From positions 32,001 through 96,000 of the IMG/VR virus record IMGVR_UViG_3300037808_000364: 64,000 nt of DNA; one strand, written 5' to 3'. The DNA comes from a virus. Below, piece after piece: positions 39,913 through 48,788 of the stretch. The notes below the pieces were generated by a model, which was not told the DNA's origin, did no database searches, and saw only the letters and a program-made list of their open reading frames with translations. How positions within the stretch are numbered: the first letter of the stretch is position 1; each line of letters starts with the position of its first letter. The position numbers and the translations under genes were made by a program.

Positions 39913-40803
39913 TTAATTATGGTCGGGCCATATCTCTAACGTGTCTTCTGAATCTAGATGTATATAGAACGTATTAAGCACAGATAGGCCAGACTTCTGC
40001 CATGTACCGCCAGAGCCAACATTCTTTCTGTACCACCAAAATTTGAAATCTATAGGTCCGCTAAGAGTTGTTGAAACGAACTTAGCGGAAAAAGTGCCCG
40101 GTGTTCTTATTACAGACTCTTGATAATCAAACTCCTCCCACTGGTCGAGTATTTTACTTGATATAGTGTATGAGCCAGAGAAAATACCATTTGTAGATGC
40201 TGTTATTGTTGCGGGGGTTGGGCATAGACCAAAAGACAGGGAAGCTCCGTCGTCGCTATAACTAGTTGTATCTACTACAAATCCCTCGCCTTTTACGTAT
40301 GGATACGCATAGCTGATAAGTCTAATCAAGCCATAATTACCTAAACCATTATTAGTTATCCTAGTCATTGTGATTTCATTTGAACCCGGATAACCAACTG
40401 TTGTGACAGAGGGATCAAAAGTGTTTTGAGAATGTCCTCTATTCGGACAAATTAAGAGAGGGTCATCGTCATCTATAGTCGTGACCGCCGCCGTGTTCGA
40501 GATATAAATAGCACCAGAAAAACCGTCAGTAAGATATACAGAACCTAACGGCGTTCCATTCATATGAACAATAAAACCATCGTCGGGAGAATTGTTAGTG
40601 TTACAAACCTGAACAACTAAAATATTCTTCTTAGGAGCTTGAGCTAACCCATCTCTCCATCCGGGAAAGTATGGACACGCATTAATAAGTGCGGAACTGC
40701 CGCCTCCTCCGCCTCCTCCGCCTCCTCCGCCTCCTCCGCCTCCGCCTCCGCCTCCTCCTTCGTCGTTACCGCAGTGACAGTGACAATCTGGTGGTCTTCC
40801 CAT
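39913..40803 (-). CDS. Hypothetical virion protein with N-terminal CHCHC motif and 20-Gly linker (296 aa)
   Basis: AGGAG RBS; translation as in track. Confidence 0.7.
   Translation of the reverse strand: MGRPPDCHCHCGNDEGGGGGGGGGGGGGGGGGGGGSSALINACPYFPGWRDGLAQAPKKNILVVQVCNTNNSPDDGFIVHMNGTPLGSVYLTDGFSGAIYISNTAAVTTIDDDDPLLICPNRGHSQNTFDPSVTTVGYPGSNEITMTRITNNGLGNYGLIRLISYAYPYVKGEGFVVDTTSYSDDGASLSFGLCPTPATITASTNGIFSGSYTISSKILDQWEEFDYQESVIRTPGTFSAKFVSTTLSGPIDFKFWWYRKNVGSGGTWQKSGLSVLNTFYIHLDSEDTLEIWPDHN
40699..40758 (-). repeat. GGA/GGC codon tandem repeat encoding 20 Gly
   Basis: (GCCTCCTCC)n and (GCCTCC)n on + strand; a similar 9-Gly tract lies at 38699-38725. Confidence 0.9.
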
Positions 40804-40815
40804 CTTTATCTCCTA

Positions 40816-43473
40816 TTAAGGACATCCTACCCAAGTCGGTCTGAACTCAGATTTCATTCGAATAGCAACTACATAGGTGCCCGCTGGAACACCCGTCAAT
40901 GACGAATCCCTATTGGTAATATACACATCATTACCAGTATTTGTACCGTCTTCGTAGATACTCATTTTACCACTAGCGGGAGAAACCATCGTTCCGCCAG
41001 TAATGGCGGTATCCATTAAGCCCTCTATATTATTAGCGGTATTTCCGGAACCGTAGAAGTTACCGTTACAGTCCATGCTGGCTACCATAACATCGTCACA
41101 GAACCAAGATTGGACGAAGTCGTTGGGATTGCTGCCGTGGACAGATGAGTGTCTACGGACCTCCAGAGGAGCCTCTGGTGATAGACGTGGCATACCAATA
41201 GAGATGTTTGGAATGTCAGTCCTACCAGCTATCGTGTTCATAATGTTAACACGATTAGACAGAGCACCGCCATTGTACATCAGACGGTTATTGTCATCTA
41301 TACCACAAACAATCTCTACATTTCCGCTACCACCTTCTCCACCTGAGAAGGTTCCTCGTAGTGCGTGCTCCCCAATACCAATAGAATTAGCATAGGTTCC
41401 ATCTAAACCAGCGTTAGAACCAATGAATACAGAATCGGAAGCGGAATCTGCGTTTTTAGCGGCGTTGGTTCCAATACCAATAGTGTTATCTAAATTGTCA
41501 CAATCATAACCAGCCCTATAGCCAACAAATACTGCCGCCATATCCATTCCCAAGCTAGGATTAGATACAGTAGCGTTGGCACCAGCCTCAGAACCAATTA
41601 TAACAGCGTGTTTCCACCCACTAGCCCCGTAAGCAACATCACAACCAATAAGAACAGATCTACTCATCCCGGCGGCATTGACATTAAGCTCATTCTCTGG
41701 GTTGGAAATAAGGACATTACAATTCTCTGCTATTGTACTAGCTCCACTACCAACGTAATCAGCAAGACCTTGTAGAGATATCTTACCAACCTTATTGGAG
41801 GCAGTCCCGTCTACTTGAGCGGCAATAAACGTATTGTCCGTTCTGATCTCTGTAGTGATATTTCCAGCTAAATCAAGGCCCGAATAGTCTAAGACAATAT
41901 AGTTCTCATTATTTTGCACTATAACGTTAGTACCAGAAACCCCGTTGAGGGGAATAAGGTTAAACTCAGAGATACCAGATAGTGAAGTACCATCTTGGAA
42001 CCTAATAGCACCCTTTAGTTTAAAGTCAGCATTTAATTCAGCAAATGGGGTCGTTCCTGTTGGAGCCTGATATGTAGGAGTGTGAGCAAAGGAACCTCTG
42101 GGGTCTAGAGTAAATAAATCCTCTGATAGACCATCTCCGTTTGAAAACCTGAATACTAAGTCGTTGATACCCTGATTACTTCCGGCACGGGCGTAGTCTA
42201 TAGTGTTGAGTACTGTTGTATATCTAACGAATGGATTATCAAACTCAAAACTGGTTTTGAACTCACTTTGAGATTGTTCCAGAACGGAGAAAGTACCTCC
42301 TACCACTGATAGATATTTCGATCCGGTAACCTTACCAAGCAACAAAGGTGTAGTACCTTTACCTAGGGCGAACGTTCCATCTTCAGGAATTTCGCTTTGG
42401 TATAGCTCACGGCCAATCAGGATAGCGTCATCCATCCCTCCGAACTCTGAGCCACCACCGTTAAAGTTACTATCGCCCACGATGACGTTTCTGTTACCAT
42501 CGGTGTATCCCACTAGACTATCACAGCCTACCACAGTATTATTGGAGCTTACGGGTTCCATTCCACTGCCAGCGTGGTAGCCGACTAGAGTATTACAGTC
42601 AGCAGATCCAGTCTCAGACAGTAGATATCCAGCACCCCATCCATAGTATGTGTTGTTAGACTTGGTAGCATCTGCCTGTCTAACCTTAGGGGTGTGCCAA
42701 CCTCCATATGTATTACCATTATTACCGTAAATCAATCCACCACTAGCAACCGTGGGTTCCAGATCTTGACTTAGAACAAGATTGGTCTCAAAACCGCTAT
42801 CATCCTTAAAATACAAAGCCTGACTACGGCTACCAACGGTGTAAGGTTTGACGTAAATCTTACCAAAATCAGAATTATTACTTGGTGCTGAAGCCTGCTC
42901 ATGCATGGAGATTGTGCCGCTGTCAGCAACAGTCTCGCACATATAAGCTACGGTTAAGGGTGCATGTGGGTCAAAATGTCTGGTCTCGTGAGTCCGTGTA
43001 ATACCAATCCCAATAAACCCACGTTCAGACATTGAAAGGTGGGAGAATTCCATTCCAGTTGTTCCACTGGGGCGGATAAGAGAGAAGTCTACAACGGTTC
43101 TATCGGTACCGTTGGGATCAACACAAGTTTCATCATACCCACCATACCCATCCCCAGCGATAAAAGCATTATCAAACTCTGGATCGTAGGTGATATGTAA
43201 ACCGGAAGCACGTCCATTTCCATTACCCAGTAACTCTACTGAACTACGAACGAAACGTGAGGGTCCACTTGAGAAACGGATATCTGAATTACCAGTAGAC
43301 TGAACATTAAATATGGTCTCTGGTAAAATAGGGTCTCCGTCAGAAGCGTACGTGGCGTTAGTAATTCCAACGAGGCCAGACTGACTAGCCTGACCACCAT
43401 TTCTTAAAACAGTAACGGATTCTCTTATTACAGATTGACCATTATCTATATGTAAGGATAGCCTGTCTTTCAT
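40816..43473 (-). CDS. Fibre/appendage protein with beta-roll repeats (885 aa)
   Basis: Repeated N(T/V)xxGxxAG motifs. Confidence 0.7.
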   Translation of the reverse strand: MKDRLSLHIDNGQSVIRESVTVLRNGGQASQSGLVGITNATYASDGDPILPETIFNVQSTGNSDIRFSSGPSRFVRSSVELLGNGNGRASGLHITYDPEFDNAFIAGDGYGGYDETCVDPNGTDRTVVDFSLIRPSGTTGMEFSHLSMSERGFIGIGITRTHETRHFDPHAPLTVAYMCETVADSGTISMHEQASAPSNNSDFGKIYVKPYTVGSRSQALYFKDDSGFETNLVLSQDLEPTVASGGLIYGNNGNTYGGWHTPKVRQADATKSNNTYYGWGAGYLLSETGSADCNTLVGYHAGSGMEPVSSNNTVVGCDSLVGYTDGNRNVIVGDSNFNGGGSEFGGMDDAILIGRELYQSEIPEDGTFALGKGTTPLLLGKVTGSKYLSVVGGTFSVLEQSQSEFKTSFEFDNPFVRYTTVLNTIDYARAGSNQGINDLVFRFSNGDGLSEDLFTLDPRGSFAHTPTYQAPTGTTPFAELNADFKLKGAIRFQDGTSLSGISEFNLIPLNGVSGTNVIVQNNENYIVLDYSGLDLAGNITTEIRTDNTFIAAQVDGTASNKVGKISLQGLADYVGSGASTIAENCNVLISNPENELNVNAAGMSRSVLIGCDVAYGASGWKHAVIIGSEAGANATVSNPSLGMDMAAVFVGYRAGYDCDNLDNTIGIGTNAAKNADSASDSVFIGSNAGLDGTYANSIGIGEHALRGTFSGGEGGSGNVEIVCGIDDNNRLMYNGGALSNRVNIMNTIAGRTDIPNISIGMPRLSPEAPLEVRRHSSVHGSNPNDFVQSWFCDDVMVASMDCNGNFYGSGNTANNIEGLMDTAITGGTMVSPASGKMSIYEDGTNTGNDVYITNRDSSLTGVPAGTYVVAIRMKSEFRPTWVGCP

Positions 43474-43482
43474 TATTTATCC

Positions 43483-45078
43483 TTATGATTTATCTAATTC
43501 GTCGTGATATATGACGCTAAAGCCACGGACGGTACTAGCATTCTTAATTCTGCTAGCAAATTTTTGAATTACTTTGACTCCAGAGTCGACAGTTCCGTGC
43601 ATCACAGTAGAGTCATATCCAGATGGATTACCGTTTATGATATCTGTACCAGAACGAGCGATGAAGTTTACATCACCAAGTGTTGGGTACTGGTTTACGA
43701 AGTGGGGTTCTTGACCCACGACCACTCTTTGACCAGAAGCCTCGTAGGGTTCTATGAAGACCCCCATACAGCCACTTTCAATAGCCATACCTGTGCTGTA
43801 ACGTCCAAGGAGCCTTTGACCTATGAAAGCTGTATTGTCGATAGCTTCGATAGATATGTTACTTTCCCACCTAGACTTGGTAAAGGCGTTGGATACAGGA
43901 AGGCAATTTATAGTAGGGTCTGGAAACCTGTACAGTAAGTGATAATCCCTACGATAGATAGACCCACTAGAGTGTACCTCAAGCCCGGCACCGTCTAACC
44001 CTTCATCGTTAAGATACCCACAAAGGGCGTCGTTATGAAATCCATCATCTGTGGGATCACAAAAACCGCTAGTGGCTAGGTGTAAAGTTTTACACTCATA
44101 TATGCATTCGGTAATGGTATTGTATTCAACGTCATTAGCAAATAACTGACCGCTAATAACGACATCGTTGAAGTAGCCGTCCCACTTAAGCTGAGGATGC
44201 CCTAGGGCATATCTAGAATCTCGATTAGGTACCAAATCCCCGTATACGGTCATCTTCCCGTCAGCGACCCCTTGTGCCGCACCTGATGGAGCACCACCTA
44301 CACCAACGGTTTCTCCGGAGAAATTAATAAATTCATTGATGGATTTCCAAGATGCTTGACTTCTACCTAAATGAGACTCTCCACTAGCAGTAGGGGAAAT
44401 ATCGCCTGAAACCTGAAGCATACCAAAACCGTGTAAAGAGCTGGTACCTACAGCAAGTTGATGGCTTCCAGCTAATAAGTTTCCGTATAACAGGGGTGAG
44501 TCACCCGAAGTAATAGGTTCGCCACCCGCATCACAGAAATCCCCTGAAGATACAGGGAAAGACCCAAGTACAAACTTGTAATCCACCGTGGGTCCAAGAT
44601 ACCAACCAGCACCATGACCAATACCAATATTGTAATCACCATAACGATTATGGTGGAAGGTATGATCACCGACCCCTACATTCCCATCTCCGGTAACGTT
44701 GCCTACTAACGCTTGATATCCAGCAGCAGTATTGCCGCTTCCGTAAATATTACAGCTTAGGGCGTAGCTACCTAGTGCGGTATTCTGAGAACCGTTGTAA
44801 TTATTGCGTAGAGAAGCATATCCAAAAGAGGTATTGTCTACACTAGAACGTCCAACGAAAGACATCTGGCTTAAAGCCAAGTCTCCACCTTTTGTAGTGC
44901 GAGTATCTGGAGACGCAAAATTAGCAGTACTTAGGGTAGTCCCTTCCATGAAATTGGGTACGGAGTCTACCAAGTCTGTTAAGCTGGTTCTGAGATCTAA
45001 AGGCGAAATCTCTTGCGTCGAATTATCAGGTAGTGAAATACTTATAGACGCCAAGTATTCTGATCTTGTGAGAATCAT
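43483..45078 (-). CDS. Fibre/appendage protein (531 aa)
   Basis: NTAxGxxAL repeats; N-terminal LPDN...ISPLDLR anchor shared with 22995..23984. Confidence 0.7.
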   Translation of the reverse strand: MILTRSEYLASISISLPDNSTQEISPLDLRTSLTDLVDSVPNFMEGTTLSTANFASPDTRTTKGGDLALSQMSFVGRSSVDNTSFGYASLRNNYNGSQNTALGSYALSCNIYGSGNTAAGYQALVGNVTGDGNVGVGDHTFHHNRYGDYNIGIGHGAGWYLGPTVDYKFVLGSFPVSSGDFCDAGGEPITSGDSPLLYGNLLAGSHQLAVGTSSLHGFGMLQVSGDISPTASGESHLGRSQASWKSINEFINFSGETVGVGGAPSGAAQGVADGKMTVYGDLVPNRDSRYALGHPQLKWDGYFNDVVISGQLFANDVEYNTITECIYECKTLHLATSGFCDPTDDGFHNDALCGYLNDEGLDGAGLEVHSSGSIYRRDYHLLYRFPDPTINCLPVSNAFTKSRWESNISIEAIDNTAFIGQRLLGRYSTGMAIESGCMGVFIEPYEASGQRVVVGQEPHFVNQYPTLGDVNFIARSGTDIINGNPSGYDSTVMHGTVDSGVKVIQKFASRIKNASTVRGFSVIYHDELDKS

Positions 45079-45089
45079 GGGCTATGCCC

Positions 45090-45554
45090 CTACTTAAATT
45101 TGATTTGAAGCTGACTAGCGTCAAACTTTGGAGCATCCCCTTGATAAACCACTCTAGGGTTGCCTAATTCAGAATACATTAGAAGATTACCACTTCCGTA
45201 TTCGCCAGAGTCGACGATGGCTATACCAGAAACCCAACCCCAATCAAGGAGTGCGGTTCCAAAAATGAAGGTGGAAGAGTTCTTAATCAGGCCACTTCCG
45301 GCGTTATGATCGTTGATGTCGTAAGACCAGAAGGCGTCACCAAGAGTAGATGGATCTCCCAAGTCGTATCTAGAATAACCAGTACCACTACCGTTAATCC
45401 CTGTAGGAAGTTCGGGAATGGTTACGCCGGTATCAGAATCAACTGGAGTCCCACTGCATAGAGCAATAGCTACATTTGATGGTTTAGGGAACGATCCCCC
45501 TCTAAACACATGGTGGAGCAATCCAGACTCCATGTAATCGGACAAAGCTGTCAT
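45090..45554 (-). CDS. Conserved phage structural protein (154 aa)
   Basis: LSDY.E..LL...IAL....P...DWG.V....I.D....GNLL pattern common in phage virion proteins. Confidence 0.7.
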   Translation of the reverse strand: MTALSDYMESGLLHHVFRGGSFPKPSNVAIALCSGTPVDSDTGVTIPELPTGINGSGTGYSRYDLGDPSTLGDAFWSYDINDHNAGSGLIKNSSTFIFGTALLDWGWVSGIAIVDSGEYGSGNLLMYSELGNPRVVYQGDAPKFDASQLQIKFK

Positions 45555-45610
45555 TATGTAATATCCCCTTAAAGAGAGTCCTATTTGGGCATAAAAGACG
45601 TTTACACCCT

Positions 45611-45623
45611 ATTATACACAAAA
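45611..45623 (-). promoter_or_regulatory. Putative late promoter TTTTGTGTATAAT
   Basis: Motif overlaps the U-tract of the MCP terminator. Confidence 0.7.
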
Positions 45624-45660
45624 AAAGAGTCACCCCCGGTTAAATGGAGATGACTCTTTC
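45620..45660 (-). terminator. Rho-independent terminator after MCP
   Basis: Minus strand: AAAGAGTCATCTCC-loop-GGGGGTGACTCTTT followed by TTTT. Confidence 0.85.
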
Positions 45661-45684
45661 GTAGGTGGAGTTAATCCGCCCTGA

Positions 45685-46692
45685 TTAGAATGAGCCTAGG
45701 ATAATGCGTCGATTATCGAGCACACCAAAGCCCAGTTCAGCCCAGCCGTAGTATCCAACACGTTGGCTACGGTGCAGGGTTGGGTCTTCGAAGACTTGCA
45801 GTTCTTGCTTCATTGGCATAATGAAGCTGTCTGTAGAGCCTTGATCCAGACCAACAACCAGTTCGAGGTCAGCCGCCTGAACAGCACCACCAAGACCAGT
45901 TGTGAAGAAATCCTGATATTCTTGGCCTTCACCAAATTCATCAAGATCGTGCAGGTTCACGCCGTAGATACGGGTGATAGGAGCACCACCTTCGCTCGCG
46001 GTGTAGATCTCACGACGAGTTACTTCGTCAATCTGATCCAGACCCCAGTTACGTACATCTTCCAGTGCTTCTGGAGAAACATACATATCTGTCAGTCGAC
46101 CACGGTTTGCAGAACCGGTGTTTCCACCAGCGTTACGACGCATAGTTGTCTGCATAAGAGAAACAAGTCTCTTACTGAACAGACCAGCAGTAGCATCGCC
46201 ATCGTAAACCAAGATGTTACGGTCAACAGCAGCAGCCAGAAGGGTATGCCAACCGTCATCGTTGATTTTCTTAACAAATCCAGCTTGCATTACCTGAGAG
46301 GCACGAGCAGCAACGTCCCAACGAGCTTCACGAGCATAACGCAGCAAGTAGTCAATACTTGACGTGATACCGTAAGTCGGGATCGTCACGTAGTCACTTT
46401 CAACTGAACGCTCAGGAATGCGACCATGTCCGGGATTAGTGAAAGCAACGTGCTCTCCTTCAAGACCCGGTGAAATCATGTCAAGAGGATACTCCGTAGA
46501 GGCTCCCGGCTCGACACTGATTGTCTCGAAGATATCTCCGAGAATATTACCAACAAGAACACCTTTACGCAAAGGAAGTTCGAGTGCTTTTGCCATTTGA
46601 CGTTGAGCAGCTTGAGCAACGTCTTGATCTTGGTTGCCAGTCTTTTTATACAGACTGATAAACTGATCGTCTGGTCTTTCTGTGAACGACAT
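45685..46692 (-). CDS. Major capsid protein (335 aa, HK97 fold inferred)
   Basis: Follows protease/scaffold and decoration genes; AAGGAG RBS; biased codon usage; terminator downstream; G.IPE E-loop and C-terminal G.YGWAELGFGVLD motifs. Confidence 0.9.
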   Translation of the reverse strand: MSFTERPDDQFISLYKKTGNQDQDVAQAAQRQMAKALELPLRKGVLVGNILGDIFETISVEPGASTEYPLDMISPGLEGEHVAFTNPGHGRIPERSVESDYVTIPTYGITSSIDYLLRYAREARWDVAARASQVMQAGFVKKINDDGWHTLLAAAVDRNILVYDGDATAGLFSKRLVSLMQTTMRRNAGGNTGSANRGRLTDMYVSPEALEDVRNWGLDQIDEVTRREIYTASEGGAPITRIYGVNLHDLDEFGEGQEYQDFFTTGLGGAVQAADLELVVGLDQGSTDSFIMPMKQELQVFEDPTLHRSQRVGYYGWAELGFGVLDNRRIILGSF

Positions 46693-46707
46693 ATTCAGTC
46701 TCCTTTA

Positions 46708-47196
46708 TTAGTTAGCACCGTGGTTAGGAAGGTTAACATAAACTTTGGCATAGCCATCAGCATCCTTAGCGGACATGAATCGGCCAATAGCCAAGTTTCC
46801 AGAAGCCGTTGCATCAGCAGCTACATTGGCGATTTCGCCAGATGTTTCTGATGCGAAAGCTACATCTCCGGGAGAAGGACTTCCGGTGACATTGCTGGTT
46901 ACAACCCAGCCACGCTTGAGGATCGTTACCTTTCCACCTTTCTGAACTTCATTCTTGTAGAAATTCAAGTGTGTTCGAGTAAGATCTTTGTTAACAACGT
47001 CATTCAAAAGAATCCCTACGGGAACGTCTGTAGTAGAAGCGGCCTGATATGAAACGGTGTTGTCACCTTGATCCATAGCAGCACCAGAAGCACTTAAAAC
47101 GTCCAGACAAGCTACACCACCACGAGTGGCTACACCTGCTGTGTAGAAGTAACTGATGTCAGTTGATTCTTCATATCTATCTGCTTTGAGAGCCAT
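46708..47196 (-). CDS. Capsid decoration/cement protein (162 aa)
   Basis: Between scaffold and MCP; PVGILLNDV...GGKVTIL..G...PSPGD...IGRF pattern. Confidence 0.75.
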   Translation of the reverse strand: MALKADRYEESTDISYFYTAGVATRGGVACLDVLSASGAAMDQGDNTVSYQAASTTDVPVGILLNDVVNKDLTRTHLNFYKNEVQKGGKVTILKRGWVVTSNVTGSPSPGDVAFASETSGEIANVAADATASGNLAIGRFMSAKDADGYAKVYVNLPNHGAN

Positions 47197-47213
47197 ATTA
47201 GTTTCTCCTTTAT

Positions 47214-48710
47214 TTACTTAGAAGTTAATACGTGAGTACCAAACCATTCTGAAATGCTAGCCTGAGCCTTTACAGCCTCATCTTCACTATCGTTGCCAAC
47301 ATTCAGTTCTGCTTCTGAAGATTCCACATCGTCAAGAGCGTCAGTTGCCGCTTCTTCTGATGCTTCTGCGTCTTCATCTGCTTTAGCGTCTTTTTTCTTG
47401 TCTTTTTTCTTGTCATCCTTGTCGTCCTTGTCGTCGTCTCCCTTCTTTTTGAAGTTGTCAAAATTAGCTTTGTTCTTAACCATCGCTACGATGGAATCAA
47501 AAGCGTCATCATCAAGAGCGTCGAAAGAACCAAGAGTTTCGCTGACTTCATCTTCATTCAGTCCAGCTTCAACAAGAGCAGCTTTACGCTTTTCTGCTTT
47601 CTCTTTTTGCTTCATTTCGGTCATATGTTGCTCCGCTGTAGTCAGAGCCTCTTTAGAAGTTGCAAGAGCATCTTCCAGTTCAGCAACACGAGCTTGTGTT
47701 GACTTAATCGTTTCGCTTAGTTCGTCAATAGACGCCTGAGCCTGCTTTGCAGCAGCTTCATACGCTTCAACTTTCGTAGCAAATTCCGTGTCTTTCGCTT
47801 CTTCAATTTTGGCTTTCACAACTTCGATCTGAGACTTAGCTTTTGCAAGCTCCGCCTTAGTTTCAGAAAGCTGATCTTCCAGTAACGTCTGATCTGACAT
47901 ATTAACTTCTCCTATTGAAAGTTTTGAATCAGTATTCTTCACGTGAAAAGATGCCGTACTCTTACTGTTTAGTATTACACTTCTGGGATTAGCGGGCTTA
48001 GATACCAATCCTTTTCCAGAGAACGCAATATTAGACAAAGCACGACCTATTTTGTATCCCTCATATTCACCAGTTCCACCGTAAGCCCTAAGATGTTTGG
48101 TTAAGAATGCAGAAGCCTCATCTCGTGTGAGGATTTTCTTAACACCGTTGGGATCGATCAAAGCGTAATCAAATCCAGCGAAGAGGCACTCCATAGAGAC
48201 GTACCACTTGCCCCCTGGGATCTCAATGAGAATCTTATCCATACGCTCGCGATTTTCTTCCTCGGCCCAACTATTATAAAGGACCGCTTGAGTGATAATA
48301 TCAAACTCTTGCGGCCTATTAGCTTCGTCTTCGTCACTTGAAACAGCTTGTCCATCTTTGGTTAAAATGTAGCTGCCAGTTATGTGCCCAATGATATCAT
48401 TCTCATTGTGCATAAAGTTGAATTGTTTGTCTTCAGGTGTATTTCTAGCTGCCCAAGTGTTTTCGGGAGTAAAAATATCATCGTTCTTATTCCATCCCGT
48501 GGAAACAAGAACCGCTTCAAGATAAAAAAGGTCACGCTGATCTTTGTTCTCAGCTATGACCTTAGTAAGCACTTCCGGGTTGGAAATAATAGATTTCGTA
48601 TTCTCCATAGTATCTGAATGGAGAGATACGGGCGAACAATAGGCTACACTAGCCGTACTCTTGACCAGTTCGCCAATACCGTCAGCAATTTCCCGTTGAA
48701 ATATCTTCAT
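47214..48710 (-). CDS. Prohead protease-scaffold fusion (498 aa)
   Basis: N-terminal GWNKNDD.F, FNFMH...IIGH and VSMEC motifs (HK97/herpes-type His/Ser); C-terminal acidic coiled coil. Confidence 0.8.
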   Translation of the reverse strand: MKIFQREIADGIGELVKSTASVAYCSPVSLHSDTMENTKSIISNPEVLTKVIAENKDQRDLFYLEAVLVSTGWNKNDDIFTPENTWAARNTPEDKQFNFMHNENDIIGHITGSYILTKDGQAVSSDEDEANRPQEFDIITQAVLYNSWAEEENRERMDKILIEIPGGKWYVSMECLFAGFDYALIDPNGVKKILTRDEASAFLTKHLRAYGGTGEYEGYKIGRALSNIAFSGKGLVSKPANPRSVILNSKSTASFHVKNTDSKLSIGEVNMSDQTLLEDQLSETKAELAKAKSQIEVVKAKIEEAKDTEFATKVEAYEAAAKQAQASIDELSETIKSTQARVAELEDALATSKEALTTAEQHMTEMKQKEKAEKRKAALVEAGLNEDEVSETLGSFDALDDDAFDSIVAMVKNKANFDNFKKKGDDDKDDKDDKKKDKKKDAKADEDAEASEEAATDALDDVESSEAELNVGNDSEDEAVKAQASISEWFGTHVLTSK

Positions 48711-48728
48711 ATGTTTTTACCTCATCAC

Positions 48729-48741
48729 ATTATACACAAAA
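48729..48741 (-). promoter_or_regulatory. Putative late promoter TTTTGTGTATAAT
   Basis: Motif ~20 nt upstream of the protease start. Confidence 0.7.
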
Positions 48742-48788
48742 GAGAAAAATTTTTACGAAAAAGGTCAATTTTCACTGAATTAACATGG

